Shown here piece after piece: positions 25,904 to 38,239 of a stretch of DNA of 64,000 nt. The stretch is from Paraspadella gotoi (Eukaryota > Animalia > Chaetognatha). The stretch covers positions 210,206-274,205 of the forward strand of contig JBJCIZ010000744.1 of the NCBI GenBank assembly GCA_051294375.1, given 5' to 3'. The notes below the pieces were generated by a model. That model was given only the letters and a program-made list of their open reading frames with translations. It was not told the origin of the DNA and ran no database searches. Every line of letters starts with the position of its first letter. The stretch's first letter is position 1. The translations under genes were made by a program, and so were the position numbers.

Positions 25904-28536
25904 TTCGGTTTTTTTTCCTCTTTCTGAAAACAAAAAATTCAGTTCAACTTTGCCGACGGGATGGATTCGCTCTTCGCTTCACGGTTCCATTCACAGTCGG
26001 CGACGCGGACAAGTTCACGATCCTCGGTTATCCTGAGCCCCGACCCACCACGGCTTGCCCCACGTGGCTCTATATTTTCGGGACAAAAAATCAATGCAGG
26101 TTTTTTGGTCGATTTGATTGTTGTTTGATTGGGGCGAGGTGTTAACCTTTCTCACATCCAGCCCCTAGGGAAAGAAGAAAATTCTCGCTACAATCGCTAA
26201 AATATTAGACAGTTCATGAAATAATTATAATCAAGGTTCAAGTTTTTAATTAAATTCAAGGAATAAGAGAGTAGATGATAGAGGCTGACCTAACTCTCTT
26301 ATCTGGACACTCTTATATGGAGTGAATAAACTACTTAGTAGCTATTATGGTGGACTAAAATCCACCATACCGTTCATCAGCGCCATTGGTGCCGAGGCAA
26401 GTAATTCGCCTTTCCAACCAAAGGTCCGGGCTTCTAGCCCGCGTGGTCGGACTAGCAGTTAAAGGGTAAGGGGACGCGTTAAGCCCGCCTGTAACACAGC
26501 TGTAATACAGCCTGATACCAAAGCTCAGGGGACGTCTTACATTGAACAATAACAATAATCACTGTCTCTTCATAGTTATGCCAGTGCATTATTCTGTAAG
26601 AGTTATTTGTGTGTAGTCGGGCATTGCCTAGGTTCACCCGCCTATAAGCATGACGCCTTCAGTCCTGACCCTGTGCTCATTGAGTAAAGCCATCAGCTCA
26701 TGACCACTAGGTACTGGGTTCAATCCCAACCCGGTATATACCCTGTGGTTGCGTGAGGACGGCCGTAAGCCGCCTTGGGGTCATGGCAAACCTCAAGCCT
26801 GGTTCCAAGCCCAGTACCCGTTCCATGGCTGCTAAAGGGGGTTACAGAAGTTACGGACAGTCATCTTCAGCTCACGTAGCGCCTTATCCACAGTTGAATG
26901 AATGAATAAATATTATAATTATAATTTCTTCATAGTGTATCATAGCAACCCCTTTCACCTTTCAAAACAGAAGCGCTTCCTAGTTCGGTCGGAGGGCGAC
27001 CTGGAGTCGATCTCAGGACGCGATGACGAAATCATCTCCACTCAAACTGGAACGGCTGGAGGAAACAGCGGAAGTCCATCTTTAAGTTTAATGTCGTCAC
27101 GAAGGAATGGGAGGCGTTTGGCCTTCACACGCAAGGTGTGAATCTGGCGATGCCATTATTGATTTTCCTTTTGATTGAGAATATTGTATACCGATCTTAT
27201 ACTTAAGAGAATTGTCCTTTCATACAATAGAAACATTCTTTGAATATTATAACACTTCATTGATAGGAATGTCAGATACTCTGGTGTTGATAAATAAGAC
27301 TGTGAGAGAATCTGGATTGAAAGAGAACCCAAAGTCCCGGTTTATTTATTTAATGAATGGATAATTTTAACATTGGTTCAGCAATTTAATAAAATTATAA
27401 GTAGGTTTATTATTAAAAAATTTACAGGGGACGATCCTCTCAACAAAGGCATTCGGATTAGTCAGAAGTTTGGACGAGTGCCGAAGAAAATTTGAGAGCA
27501 ATAAACTCTTTTCCAGGTTTGTGTTTATTACTGTTGACCAATGCATAATTAAACTCATGCAATCAGCGTGCCTCAAATAGCGAAAGTTCGAGAACATGTT
27601 TCGTCAAAACAGTCTCTCACGTCCCTGCAATACCGTTTCATCCTTTTGATTTAAATGATGAAATGTTTTTTATAATTTTATGGTGGACTAAAATCCACCA
27701 ACTTCATCAGCGGCCATTACGTGCCTGGAGGCAAGTATTCGCTCCCAACTCAAAGGTCCGGGGTTTCTACCCGTGGTGGTTCGCTAGCGAGTTTAAGAGG
27801 GAGGGGCGCTTAACCGGCCTTGTAACATCGTGTTACAGCCTGATCCGAAGCTCGGGACCCGCTTCAGATTGAACGGTTCTGTCACTAACACATAACAATA
27901 ACTACTGTCTCTTCAATTTATTTATTTTCTTACCAGGATTACTCAGAAATGACGCTGGCGTCATACTTGCGCCCTTCTGTGGACACTCGCGCTGAGCTCG
28001 AGGATCTTTTAGATCAGACATTAGAAAAAGTAGAAGATAAACTGGAAGGGTTTCGAAACTTGAGCTTTGAAGGTAAAACTTAACGCTTAACTTGGTCGGT
28101 CGGTCATGAGATTATCTGTCAGTATTAACTTACTTAACTTATTAAATGCTCTTACCTCGGCTAATTAACACAGAGATCTACCATGAGATGCATAATGTGC
28201 AAATGTTGTGCAGTTTTGTGATCAGCTGAATTACGAAAAAAGTAAATGTAGCATATTTGATTTAATGCTGATTATTTTAATTAATATCTAGCCGATAGTG
28301 ACAAATTCTTTTTCATACTTCGTATTGTGATCATCCGAAAATGCTGACATACAATAGAAAGTCATTGCTTCTCTACATCTTAAATTTTTTTTTACACATT
28401 TTTAATTGTATTAATATAATTATAATTTAATTTTAATATTAAGTATTATTATTATATTAACACAGGTGTTAACACCAGCAACGAAGCGAATCTAGAATTC
28501 GATCAACTCATCAGTCTTCTCGCGGATTTTATTTAG
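24625..28536 (+). CDS. Membrane-anchored V8/glutamyl-endopeptidase-like (chymotrypsin-clan) serine protease, copy 1; exons 24625-24926, 25266-25559, 25943-26099, 26971-27135, 27937-28072, 28466-28536; start exon not found
   Basis: TM segment ALVMIVIPVILILIVAAFLCYYF, then PYK|YVCRL, GTGFLV...LVLTAG(H)N, LDVGGIDL, ILGYP, GGNSGSP, GLHTQG. All introns are GT-AG; stop TAG at 28534-28536. Single-base indels are resolved by comparison with copy 2. Confidence 0.85.
26346..26572 (+). mobile_element. Family-1 tRNA-containing solo-LTR-like element in a protease intron
   Basis: TATGGTGGACTAAAATCCACCA...CACTGTCTCTTCA. Confidence 0.75.
26612..26892 (+). mobile_element. Family-2 tRNA-containing solo LTR (TGTAG...CCACA)
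   Basis: TGT...ACA ends and an internal B box GGTTCAATCCC; same locus as 36306-36590. Confidence 0.75.
27679..27915 (+). mobile_element. Family-1 tRNA-containing solo-LTR-like element in a protease intron
   Basis: Flanked by an ATTT/ATTT 4-bp TSD. Confidence 0.8.
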
Positions 28537-28539
28537 TAA

Positions 28540-29497
28540 GTGAATTATTATCAAAAATTAATAAGATTAATTAGATATTAATGTGAAATTATTATCAAAA
28601 TTAATAAGATTAATTAGATATTAATGTGAAATTATATCAAAAATTAATAAGATTAATTAGATATTAATGTGAAATTATTAGCAAAAAATTAATAAGATTA
28701 ATTAATAATTAGATATTAATGTGAAATTATTATCAAAATTAATAAAGATTTAATTAGATATTAATGTGAATTATTATCAAAAATTAATAAGATTAATTAG
28801 ATATTAATGTGAAATTATTATCAAAAATTAATAAGATTAATTAGATATTAATGTGAAATTATTATCAAAAATTAATAAGATTAATTAGATATTAATGTGA
28901 AATTATTATCAAAAAATTAATAAGATTAATTAGATATTAATGTGAAATTATTATCAAAATATAAGATTAATTAGATATTAATGTGAAATTATTATCAAAA
29001 ATTAATAAGATTTATTTAGATATTAATGCGAAATTATTATCAAAAATTAATAAGATTAATTAGATATTAATGCGAAATTATTATCAAAAATAATAAGATT
29101 AATTAGATATTAATGCGAAATTATTATCAAAAATTAATAAGATTAATTAGATATTAATGCGAAATTATTATCAAAAATTAATAAGATTAATTAGATATTA
29201 ATGCGAAATTATTATCAAAATTAATAAGATTAATTAGATATTAATGCGAAATTATTATCCAAAAAAATAAGATTAATTAGATATTAATGTGAAATTATTA
29301 TCAAAAATTAATAAGATTAATTAGATATTAATGCGAAATTATTATCAAAAATTAATAAGAATTAATTAGATATTAATGCGAAATTATTATCAAAAATTAA
29401 ATAAGATTAATTAGATATTAATGCGAAATTATTATCAAAAATTAATAGATTAATTAGATATTAATGCGAAATTATTATCAAAAATTAATAAGATTAC
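28540..29497. repeat. 44-bp AT-rich minisatellite, about 22 copies
   Basis: Unit (t/c)gaaattattatcaaaaattaataagattaattagatattaatg, starting just after the protease stop codon. Confidence 0.95.
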
Positions 29498-30248
29498 ATT
29501 TTGTGAGTAATCCGTTTGTGAACTGAAAAAGTGAAACTGAGTGAGACAGTGAATATATCCTGATATATATCCTGAATATATTTCTGAATTAACATGGTCT
29601 ATAATAAAAATTGATTCATAACCTTTAATTTATTNNNNNNNNNNNNNNNNNNNNNNNNNNNNNNNNNNNNNNNNNNNNNNNNNNNNNNNNNNNNNNNNNN
29701 NNNNNNNNNNNNNNNNNNNNNNNNNNNNNNNNNNNNNNNNNNNNNNNNNNNNNNNNNNNNNNNNNNNNNNNNNNNNNNNNNNNNNNNNNNNNNNNNNNNN
29801 NNNNNNNNNNNNNNNNNNNNNNNNNNNNNNNNNNNNNNNNNNNNNNNNNNNNNNNNNNNNNNNNNNNNNNNNNNNNNTCGGGTCACCTTACCCACGTGAA
29901 ATGTGTTCAAAATCCAACCGAAACGCGATCATCTGCGAAACATAATGTGTTCAGTTTTCACGTTTAAAATTTCTACTCTCACAGCTCTGCTCTGCCTTCT
30001 CTGTTCAAAAGCATTTAATCAGTTGGGCGCTAACGGTGCTAAATTTCTACTATATTCAACTATATACTACAATACACAATCTACTTTATACTTTATACTT
30101 TATACTTTATCCCAGTAAAAAGTTTCTTTGCTTTTAAAAACCGGTTTATATAACGTCCTATTTTTGAATTTTAAATTCGTGAGTCAACAGACGACCGACA
30201 ACTTACGACAAGTCGCCCAATAGTCGCCCAATACCTTGTCGTGCCGGG
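29498..30248. repeat. Direct duplicate of ~23056-23655
   Basis: Near-identical sequence ending in ...ccttgtcgtgccggga. Confidence 0.85.
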
Positions 30249-30891
30249 ACTTTAACCCCAGCTGCAACACAGTCAATATCTTCATCCGTCATGCTATCTA
30301 TCAACACCACCACATTTTAGCTTTCCCCCATTACTAGTCTGCTCCACGCGTTTTATATATCACAATTCAAACACCGGCACAAGCTATAAACAAGTTTTGT
30401 TTAGAGGTGATACAATAGTTTCCATGCAGGATGACATCCATCACACTTCCACACTAATTTCATCGTCTGTGCGTGTTACCTACGTTTCCTGGGCAGTTCG
30501 TGCTTAATTTTAATTTTCCTAGTCCTTTTATACTTCTTAAAATTTAAAAGATCAATTAAAATGATTTTCGACTTAGAGAATACTACCAATAACTGAACTA
30601 GAAAAGCTTCGTCCAATCAGGAATTAAAATTACAACTAGATTGAGAATCAACAACTACTAACGTTATCGGTTTTCTATATAAAATCAAATATTAATTTTG
30701 AAAATTAATTAAGATATTTATCAACTATATAATATTTCGTGTCGTTTTCCGATTTAATTGTTGGTAAATTTTGTGCAATATTGTGATTTGTCTTCTTTAT
30801 GAAGGTGGTTTGAAAATACATTATAAATATTATCATTTTGAGATTAAAGACGAAGTCTTATTACCATCAACGATTTTATTTTAATTTGGTA

Positions 30892-30931
30892 CAGACAAGT
30901 TTCGGCTTTCATTCAAAGCCTTCATCAGTGA
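30892..30931 (-). ncRNA. Second copy of the hammerhead-like motif
   Basis: Lies in 30465-31030, a duplicate of 22225-22785; same CTGATGA/GAAAC core. Confidence 0.55.
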
Positions 30932-32881
30932 TTTAATTTATTTAATTTAAATCTTTTAGTTTGTTTAAGTCCGTTTACTTATTTATTAATTTACTATTGT
31001 TATACATTATCTAATTGTATTTTTCTTTGCCATTCAGATACTCGGCAACGAATTTTCACTTCCGTTAACACCAACACCTCCTGACTTAACTTACCCATGT
31101 TCTCTCTCTTGTGCAACATGCCTTCCACTCTTTTCTCTCACTTCGGTCTCGACATATTCCACCCTCAAACAAAACAACAAAATTTCATCTTTGTAATTTC
31201 TTTTGCGAGCGCTTTATACATGGACTCATCTATCCTCACGGGAAAACTCGATCAGAAATTCGTACTCGTACAGGGTACTTGGAGGGGGTAATGAAATATC
31301 GATGACTCATGGACTAAAAATCCACCAACCGTTTTATCAGCTGGCCACTTAGATTCAAGGATGGCGGATGAGCGGCAGAGTTATTATGCCCTCGCCCATA
31401 CCTGATTTCAGTTCAGTAATGGTCCCGGTCTACCTTAAGAAACCTCACCATGCTCTTCTTGATCTTAGCCAATTGCGTCGATTTCACCTCCAATAGGTGG
31501 CCGTCTTCAGTTGAAAGGACGGCACTTACCCCCGCCGAGCAGAATTTTCTGATTTGAATGTTAATCACTGGTGTGAATTACAAGGCTGTAATGATCCCGG
31601 TTTGATGCCTCGAACATGAAAAAAGGACTGCGTTTGATAATCCAAACACTGAGCTTCTGTCGTGAACGCTAACACAGCTAGACAATTAAATTATATTATT
31701 CACCTCATTCTGCTTTCATATATATCCCTGATATATTTCTGAAATAGCCATGAAAATAAATTTAATAATCCAATTATTTTTACAATAGGCTAAAATTAAA
31801 TTGGGGTCTATAATAAAAAAATTGAGTTCATAACCTTTAAGTTTATTTTTTTACTTTTAAAGCTTTCGGGGTCTGAGGCTTTAGAACGCTAAAAAAAACC
31901 ACTCCTGTATATCGTGTTTACCATGCCCAATATGCTGTATTTTATTTTATAACTGTGTCACCCAATACTGTTTCTTAGTGTGATAATTTACGTACAGAAA
32001 ACAAATTTCAAGATCTCGATTAAGTCGGGTTCACCTTTACCACGTAGAAATGTGTTCAAATCAACCGAAACGCGATCATCTGCGAAAACATAATGTCAGT
32101 AAGAATAATTCAGTTTTGCGCAACGTTTAAAATTTGTAGAACCTACATCTTCACTTGTTAATGACTTTGAACTTTATGTTTCGGATGCCGCTGTCAAATC
32201 ATGTATCGTATAAAAGCTATTTAATCAGTTGGCTGCTACATTTAAACAAGAGTGTACCACTAATATTTTATACTACATAAAAATTCATTCAATAATCTTA
32301 TTTAGCAATTAAAAAAGTTTACAAAAGTTTTATATGCGTACAAAATGTAGCAACTAAAAAAACGTCATATACGGTTTATATCTTCCCGTCCACCCACTTA
32401 GTACATAAAAAAGACGCTCCAATTTGCTTCGTCTGAATTTTTATGGATTTTAAATTCAAGGGATGATAATGTGATGTGAACAAATCAGTTGGAAATTTGG
32501 CACGACCGACAACTTGACGACAAGCGCCCAATAGTCGCCCAATACTCTGTTCGTGGTGCCGGGTATGGAAAAAAAAAAGCTAGCGAAGACCTCGAACTTC
32601 GGTTACTCGGTTTGACTTTAAAATTCTATCCAATTTCGAAATTAAAATAATCTCAATTTATTTGTTGTTAATGATTTTGGTGTCACGCAAGCATTAGTTT
32701 ATGAGTGAAGTAATTCTTATTTTTAGAATGGATCCGTAATCAGAAGTAATAAAACATACAGTTTTAAAGAAGTTTTGACTGAGGACTGTCCATCGCAAAG
32801 GAATCAGCGACAGGTGATAGCTTAAAACCCAACGAATTAAATAAAACCTGAGAAGAGACAGAGCTGAGGTATTAGTTAAAT

Positions 32882-33600
32882 TGTAGTCGGGGCATTGCCT
32901 AGGTTCACCCCGCCAAGAATCATGACCACTTTCAGTTGTGCCCGGGTTGCTCTTGAGTAAAGCCATCACTCATGACCACTAGGTACCGGGTTCAATCCCA
33001 ACCAGGTATCCTACCCTGCGGGAAGCGTAGGACGGCCGTAAGCGCCTTTGGGGGCCATGCAAACCCTCAAGCCCGTGGGTTCCAAGAGTGCACCACGACC
33101 GATTCAATATTAAGCTGTGCGGACCCGTATCCTGAGCTTCATGGGATATCAGGGGCCCTGTAACACTATGTTTAACAAGCGGGTTAGCGCCCCGTCCCTC
33201 TTAACTGCAAGGCGGAGGGGGTTTAGAAGTTACTTACCGGACACGGGTCATCTTCAGCGTCAAGCCAACGCCTCACGGAACCTTGGCGCCCTGATCCACT
33301 ACTGAGTTAGGTCGGGAGCCACATCTGTGAGGGCGCGAATTGATCTTTGTATTCCCACATCCCTTCTGATTCCCAGCTCCCCACCTTGAGTACCATGGCC
33401 GTCATGGCTGAAGATTACTCCCCTCCCTCCACTGGAAGCCCATGTGCAAAGAGAGTGAGCGGTTGAGTTACAATTCTTAGGGCATGTAGTCGGGCATTGC
33501 CTAGGTTCACCCCGCCAAGAATTTCATGACGCTTTCATGTGAACCAGAAACGGTTGGTGGATTATTAGTCACATAAACCCATGCATTTCGTGGGACTTGG
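32882..33600 (+). mobile_element. Possible two-LTR (TRIM) arrangement of the family-2 element
   Basis: LTR starts TGTAGTCGGGCATTGCCTAGGTTCACC at 32882 and 33485 in the same orientation, with ~180 bp between the first LTR end and the second start; the region is noisy and chimeric. Confidence 0.4.
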
Positions 33601-34176
33601 CTCATTGTTAGTAGAAGCATACTTATATCAGCTCGCATTATACAATTGATTTAATACCCCACTATTGTATCCAATATTTCATGAACTGACTTCCCAAAGT
33701 GTAATTTCTGTCGAGGTTCAATGCTCTCAAAAAGCCAACCAATACATAATAAAGCTTCTATAAATCACGTCGAATGTATGTATGCATGTTTCTTGAAAAC
33801 ATGTACAAAAATGAGCGGCCGCTAAATATATTATACCTGAGNNNNNNNNNNNNNNNNNNNNNNNNNGACATACTTTGGCAAAAATTTCGCTGTACGGTTA
33901 AATGGAAAAAAATTTTTGCATAATTTTTCTTATTATACTTCTTTAGGGGCAAGCAGTTTTATATCAATAAAAATACTTGACTTAGGTTTTTATCATAAAA
34001 CAATAATTTGTTGTTCTTATGGCGACTTTGGTCGTATTTTTTTTTAATGAATGAATTAAAACACTCATTTAATTTGATTATTACATTAATTCGTATCAGG
34101 ATTTAGATACAGTAACAAACAAAAGAAAATAATTTTAAAATTNNNNNNNNNNNNNNNNNNNNNNNNNTTTTTTTAG

Positions 34177-35357
34177 CCCGGAGCCTCTCGGCTCTGTGCC
34201 GAGTGCCTACCCCCCCCCCAGTCCACAAGGCCCTCGTCATGATCGTCATCCCGGTCATCTTAATCCTCATTGTCGCCGCATTTTTGTGTTACTATTTTCG
34301 TTCTCCCGGCGCCGTTAAACCGAATCCACCGTCTCCATGTCGCTCCGAAAAATGCGGATCTTTCGACCGACTTCAGTCGGAAAACAAAATGCCGGAAACA
34401 TTGTCGCCGCATTTTTGTGTTACTATTTTCGTTCTCCCGGCGCCGTTAAACCGAATCCACCGTCTCCATGTCGCTCCGAAAAATGCGGATCTTTCGACCG
34501 ACTTCAGTCGGAAAACAAATGCCGGAAAATGGGCGAGTACGATCCGGCGGACTGGCCGGATAGTCGGACGATCCTGTCGGAGCAGGAAGCGGCGGCAAAA
34601 CCCTACAAGGTCTTGATCGGTGACAACGTTATTCATATTTCTTCACTAACTCATATTTTTCAGTGTTAAAACCTAAAATTTAGATATGAAAATCTGTTCG
34701 TCAGTCTATCCCTCCAGTTCATCCGTCCGTTCATTCATCCGTCTGTCCAGGCATTGGTCCCCTCTATTGTCTGACTATTCATCTGTCTGTCCATTTATTC
34801 ATCAATTCGTTACTCATCAGTTTGCCTATCCCTCCGCTCGTTCTGCTATCCATCTGTCCATCCGTCCATCCATTAATAAATCCATCAGTCCAGCTCCTTC
34901 TAACCAAGTCATTTACTATCTTATTTCTCGCTCTCTCTCATATCTCAGTACGTGTGCCGGTTGACCGTGACTCAGATAAACGGACAACGGGTCGAGACGG
35001 AGTCGTACGGAACCGGTTTTCTCGTCAAGCGAACATCCGGGTGCCTCGTCCTCACGGCCGGACACAACATCCGGTCCAGAAAAAACCGGACGAAAGCGTT
35101 GAGAGTCGTGATCGACTTTCCGGCGCTCCCCTCCGTCATCGTGGACGAATCCCGGCGTCTTTGGAGGACGCCGCTGCGGAGGCCGCGGCGCGGGGGGCGT
35201 CACTCACTGGACGTTGGGGGAATCGACATTGGGGGATTGCCAGGAGGTGAAGGAGAGAGAGGGAGAGTGGGGGGGGAAGACAGATGAGATGAAATGGAAA
35301 CTGGAAAAAATAAAGAAAGAGAGAGAGGGATGTAAGAAGAAAGGAAAGAGAAGAGGT

Positions 35358-35390
<33 letters not shown>

Positions 35391-38236
35391 AGAGAGAGAA
35401 AGAGAAGAGGGGAAGTAAGAGAAATGAAAAGAAAAAATGCTTAGAGAGAAGAGAGAGAAAGAGAAGAGAGAGAGAAAAAGAAGAGAGAGAGGAAGAGAAG
35501 AGAAAGGAAAGAGAAAGAGATGCTTAGAGAGAGAGAGAGAGAGAAGAGAGAGAGAGGGGAAGTAAAGAGGAAATGAAAGAGTAGAGAGAGAGAGAGAACT
35601 TCGGTTTTTTTTCCTCTTTCTGAAAACAAAAAATTCAGTTCAACTTTGCCGACGAGGATGGATTCGCTCTTCGCTTCACGGTTCCATTCACAGTCGGCGA
35701 CGCGGACAAGTTCACGATCCTCGGTTATCCTGAGCCCCGACCCACCACGGCTTGCCCCACGTGGCTCCTATATTTTCGGGACAAAAAATCAATGCAGGTT
35801 TTTTGGTCGATTTGATTGTTGGTTTGATTGGGGCGAGGTGTTAACCTTTCTCACATCCAGCCCCTAGGGAAAGAAGAAAATTCTCGCTACAATCGCTAAA
35901 ATATTAGACAGTTCATGAAATAATTATAATCAAGGTTCAAGTTTTTAATTAAATTCAAGGAATAAGAGAGTAGATGATAGAGGCTGACCTAACTCTCTTA
36001 TCTGGACACTCTTATATGGAGTGAATAAACTACTTAGTAGCTATTATGGTGGACTAAAATCCACCAACCGTTCATCAGCGGCCATTGGTGCTGAAGGCAA
36101 GTCAATCGCCTCCCAACCCAAAGGTCTGGGGTTCTAGCCCGGTGGTCTCCTAGCAGTTAAGAGGGACGGGGCGCTTAACCCGCCTGTAACACAGTGTTAC
36201 AGCCTGATCCGAAGCTCAGGGACTTCTTTCATTGAACGGTTCTGTCAATAACAATAATCACTGTCTCTTCACCATGCTATTATTCTGTAAGAGCCTTATT
36301 TGTTGTGTAGTCGGGCATTGCCTAGGTTCACCCCGCCTATAAGCATGACGCCTTCAGTCCTGACCCTGTGGCTCATTGAGTAAAGCCATCAGCTCATGAC
36401 CACTAGGTACTGGGTTCAATCCCAACCCGGTATATACCCTGTGGGTTGCGTGAGGACGGCCGTAAGCCGCCTTGGGGTCATGGCAAACCCTCAAGCCTGG
36501 TTCCAAGCCCAGTACCCGTTCCATGGCTGCTAAAGGGGGTTACAGAAGTTACGGACAGTCATCTTCAGCTCACGTAGCGCCTTATCCACAGTTGAATGAA
36601 TGAATAAATATTATAATTATAATTTCTTCATAGTGTATCATAGCAACCCCTTTCACCTTTCAAAACAGAAGCGCTTCCTAGTTCGGTCGGAGGGCGACCT
36701 GGAGTCGATCTCAGGACGCGATGACGAAATCATCTCCTACTCAAACTGGACGGCTGGAGGAAACAGCGGAAGTCCCATCTTTAAGTTTAATGTCGTCACG
36801 AAGGAATGGGAGGCGTTTGGCCTTCACACGCAAGGTGTGAATCTGGCGATGCCATTATTGATTTTCCTTTTGGTTGAGAATATTGTATACCGATCTTATA
36901 CTTAAGAGAATTGTCCTTTCATACAATAGAAACATTCTTTGAAATATTATAACACTTCATTGATAGGAATGTCAGATACTCTGGGTGTTGATAAATAAGA
37001 CTGTGAGAGAATCTGGATTGAAAGAGAACCCAAAGTCCCGGTTTATTTATTTAATGAATGGATAATTTTAACATTGGTTCAGCCAATTTAATAAAATTAT
37101 AAGTAGGTTTATTATTAAAAAATTTACAGGGGACGATCCTCTCAACAAAGGCATTCGGATTAGTCCAGAAGTTTGGACGAGTGCCGAAGAAAATTTGAGA
37201 GCAATAAACTCTTTTCCAGGTTTGTGTTTATTACTGTTGACCAATGCATAATTAAACTCATGCAATCAGCGTGCCTCAAATAGCGAAAAGTTCGAGAACA
37301 TGTTTCGTCAAAACAGTCTCTCACGTCCCTGCAATACCGTTTCATCCTTTTGATTTAAATGATGAAATGTTTTTTATAATTTTATGGTGGACTAAAATCC
37401 ACCAACCATTCATCAGCGGCCATTGGTGCCGGAGGCAAGTCATTCGCCTCCCAACCCAGAGGTCCGGGGTTCTAGCCCGGTGGTCGCCTAGCAGTTAAGA
37501 GGGACGGGGCGCTTAACCCGCCTGTAACACGGTGTTACAGCCTGATCCGAAGCTCAGGGACAGCTTATATTGAACGGTTCTGTCACTAACACATAACAAT
37601 AACTACTGTCTCTTCAATTTATTTATTTTCTTACCAGGATACTCAGAAATGACGCTGGCGTCATACTTGCGCCCTTCTGTGGACACTCGCGCTGAGCTCG
37701 AGGATCTTTTAGATCAGACATTAGAAAAAGTAGAAGATAAACTGGAAGGGTTTCGAAACTTGAGCTTTGAAGGTAAAACTTAACGCTTAACTTGGTCGGT
37801 CGGTCAGTGAATATCTGTCAGTATTAACTTACTTAACTTATTAAATGCTCTTACCTCGGCTAATTAACTACAGAGATCTACCATGAGATGCATAATGTGC
37901 AAATATTGTGCAGTTTTGTGATCAGCTGAATTACGAAAAAAGTAAATGTAGCATATTTGATTTAATGCTGATTCATTTTAATTAATCCGATAGGTGACTA
38001 ATTCTTTTCATACTCGTATTGTGATCATCCGAAAATGCTGACATACAATAAAAAGTCATTGCTTCTCTACATCTTAAATTTTTTTTTTTACACATTTTTA
38101 ATTATATTAATATAATTATAATTTGATTTTAATATTAAGTATTATTATTATTATATTAACACAGGTGTTAACATCAGCAACGAAGCGAATCTAGAATTCG
38201 ATCAACTCATCAGTCTTCTCCGCGGATTTTATTTAG
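34177..38236 (+). CDS. V8-like serine protease, copy 2; exons 34177-34609 (contains a ~130-bp internal duplication), 34949-35246, 35639-35797, 36669-36834, 37638-37772, 38165-38236
   Basis: YVCRLTVTQINGQRVETESYGTGFLVKRTSGCLVLTAGHN; SLDVGGID; FTILGYPE; YSNWTAGGNSGSPIFKFNVVTKEWEAFGLHTQG|YSEMTLASYL; GT-AG introns. Confidence 0.85.
36045..36271 (+). mobile_element. Family-1 tRNA-containing solo-LTR-like element
   Basis: Full copy; flanks CTAT/CCAT (3 of 4 match). Confidence 0.8.
36306..36590 (+). mobile_element. Family-2 tRNA-containing solo LTR
   Basis: gttg-TGTAGTCGGG...TTATCCACA-gttg with an exact 4-bp TSD; A-box-like TGGCTCATTGAG and B box GGTTCAATCCC at ~36368-36423. Confidence 0.8.
37383..37616 (+). 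mobile_element. Family-1 tRNA-containing solo-LTR-like element (cleanest copy)
   Basis: attt-TATGG...CTTCA-attt; tRNA-like GCGGCCA...TCGCCTCCCAA...GGTTCTAGCCC...TGGTCGC with a paired acceptor stem, reminiscent of tRNA-Gly(CCC). Confidence 0.85.
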
Positions 38237-38239
38237 TAA

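Noticed and set aside
31030-32880. Apparently novel mosaic sequence
   Set aside because: It reads as 22890-23890 interleaved at fine scale with other sequences, the signature of a blended consensus.
36590-36606. (TGAA)n tail suggesting family 2 is a SINE
   Set aside because: It lies outside the ACA terminus and overlaps or follows the GTTG TSD, so it is best read as flanking sequence.
37416-37489. Functional tRNA-Gly gene
   Set aside because: The anticodon stem does not pair and the segment is embedded in a dispersed TSD-flanked element.
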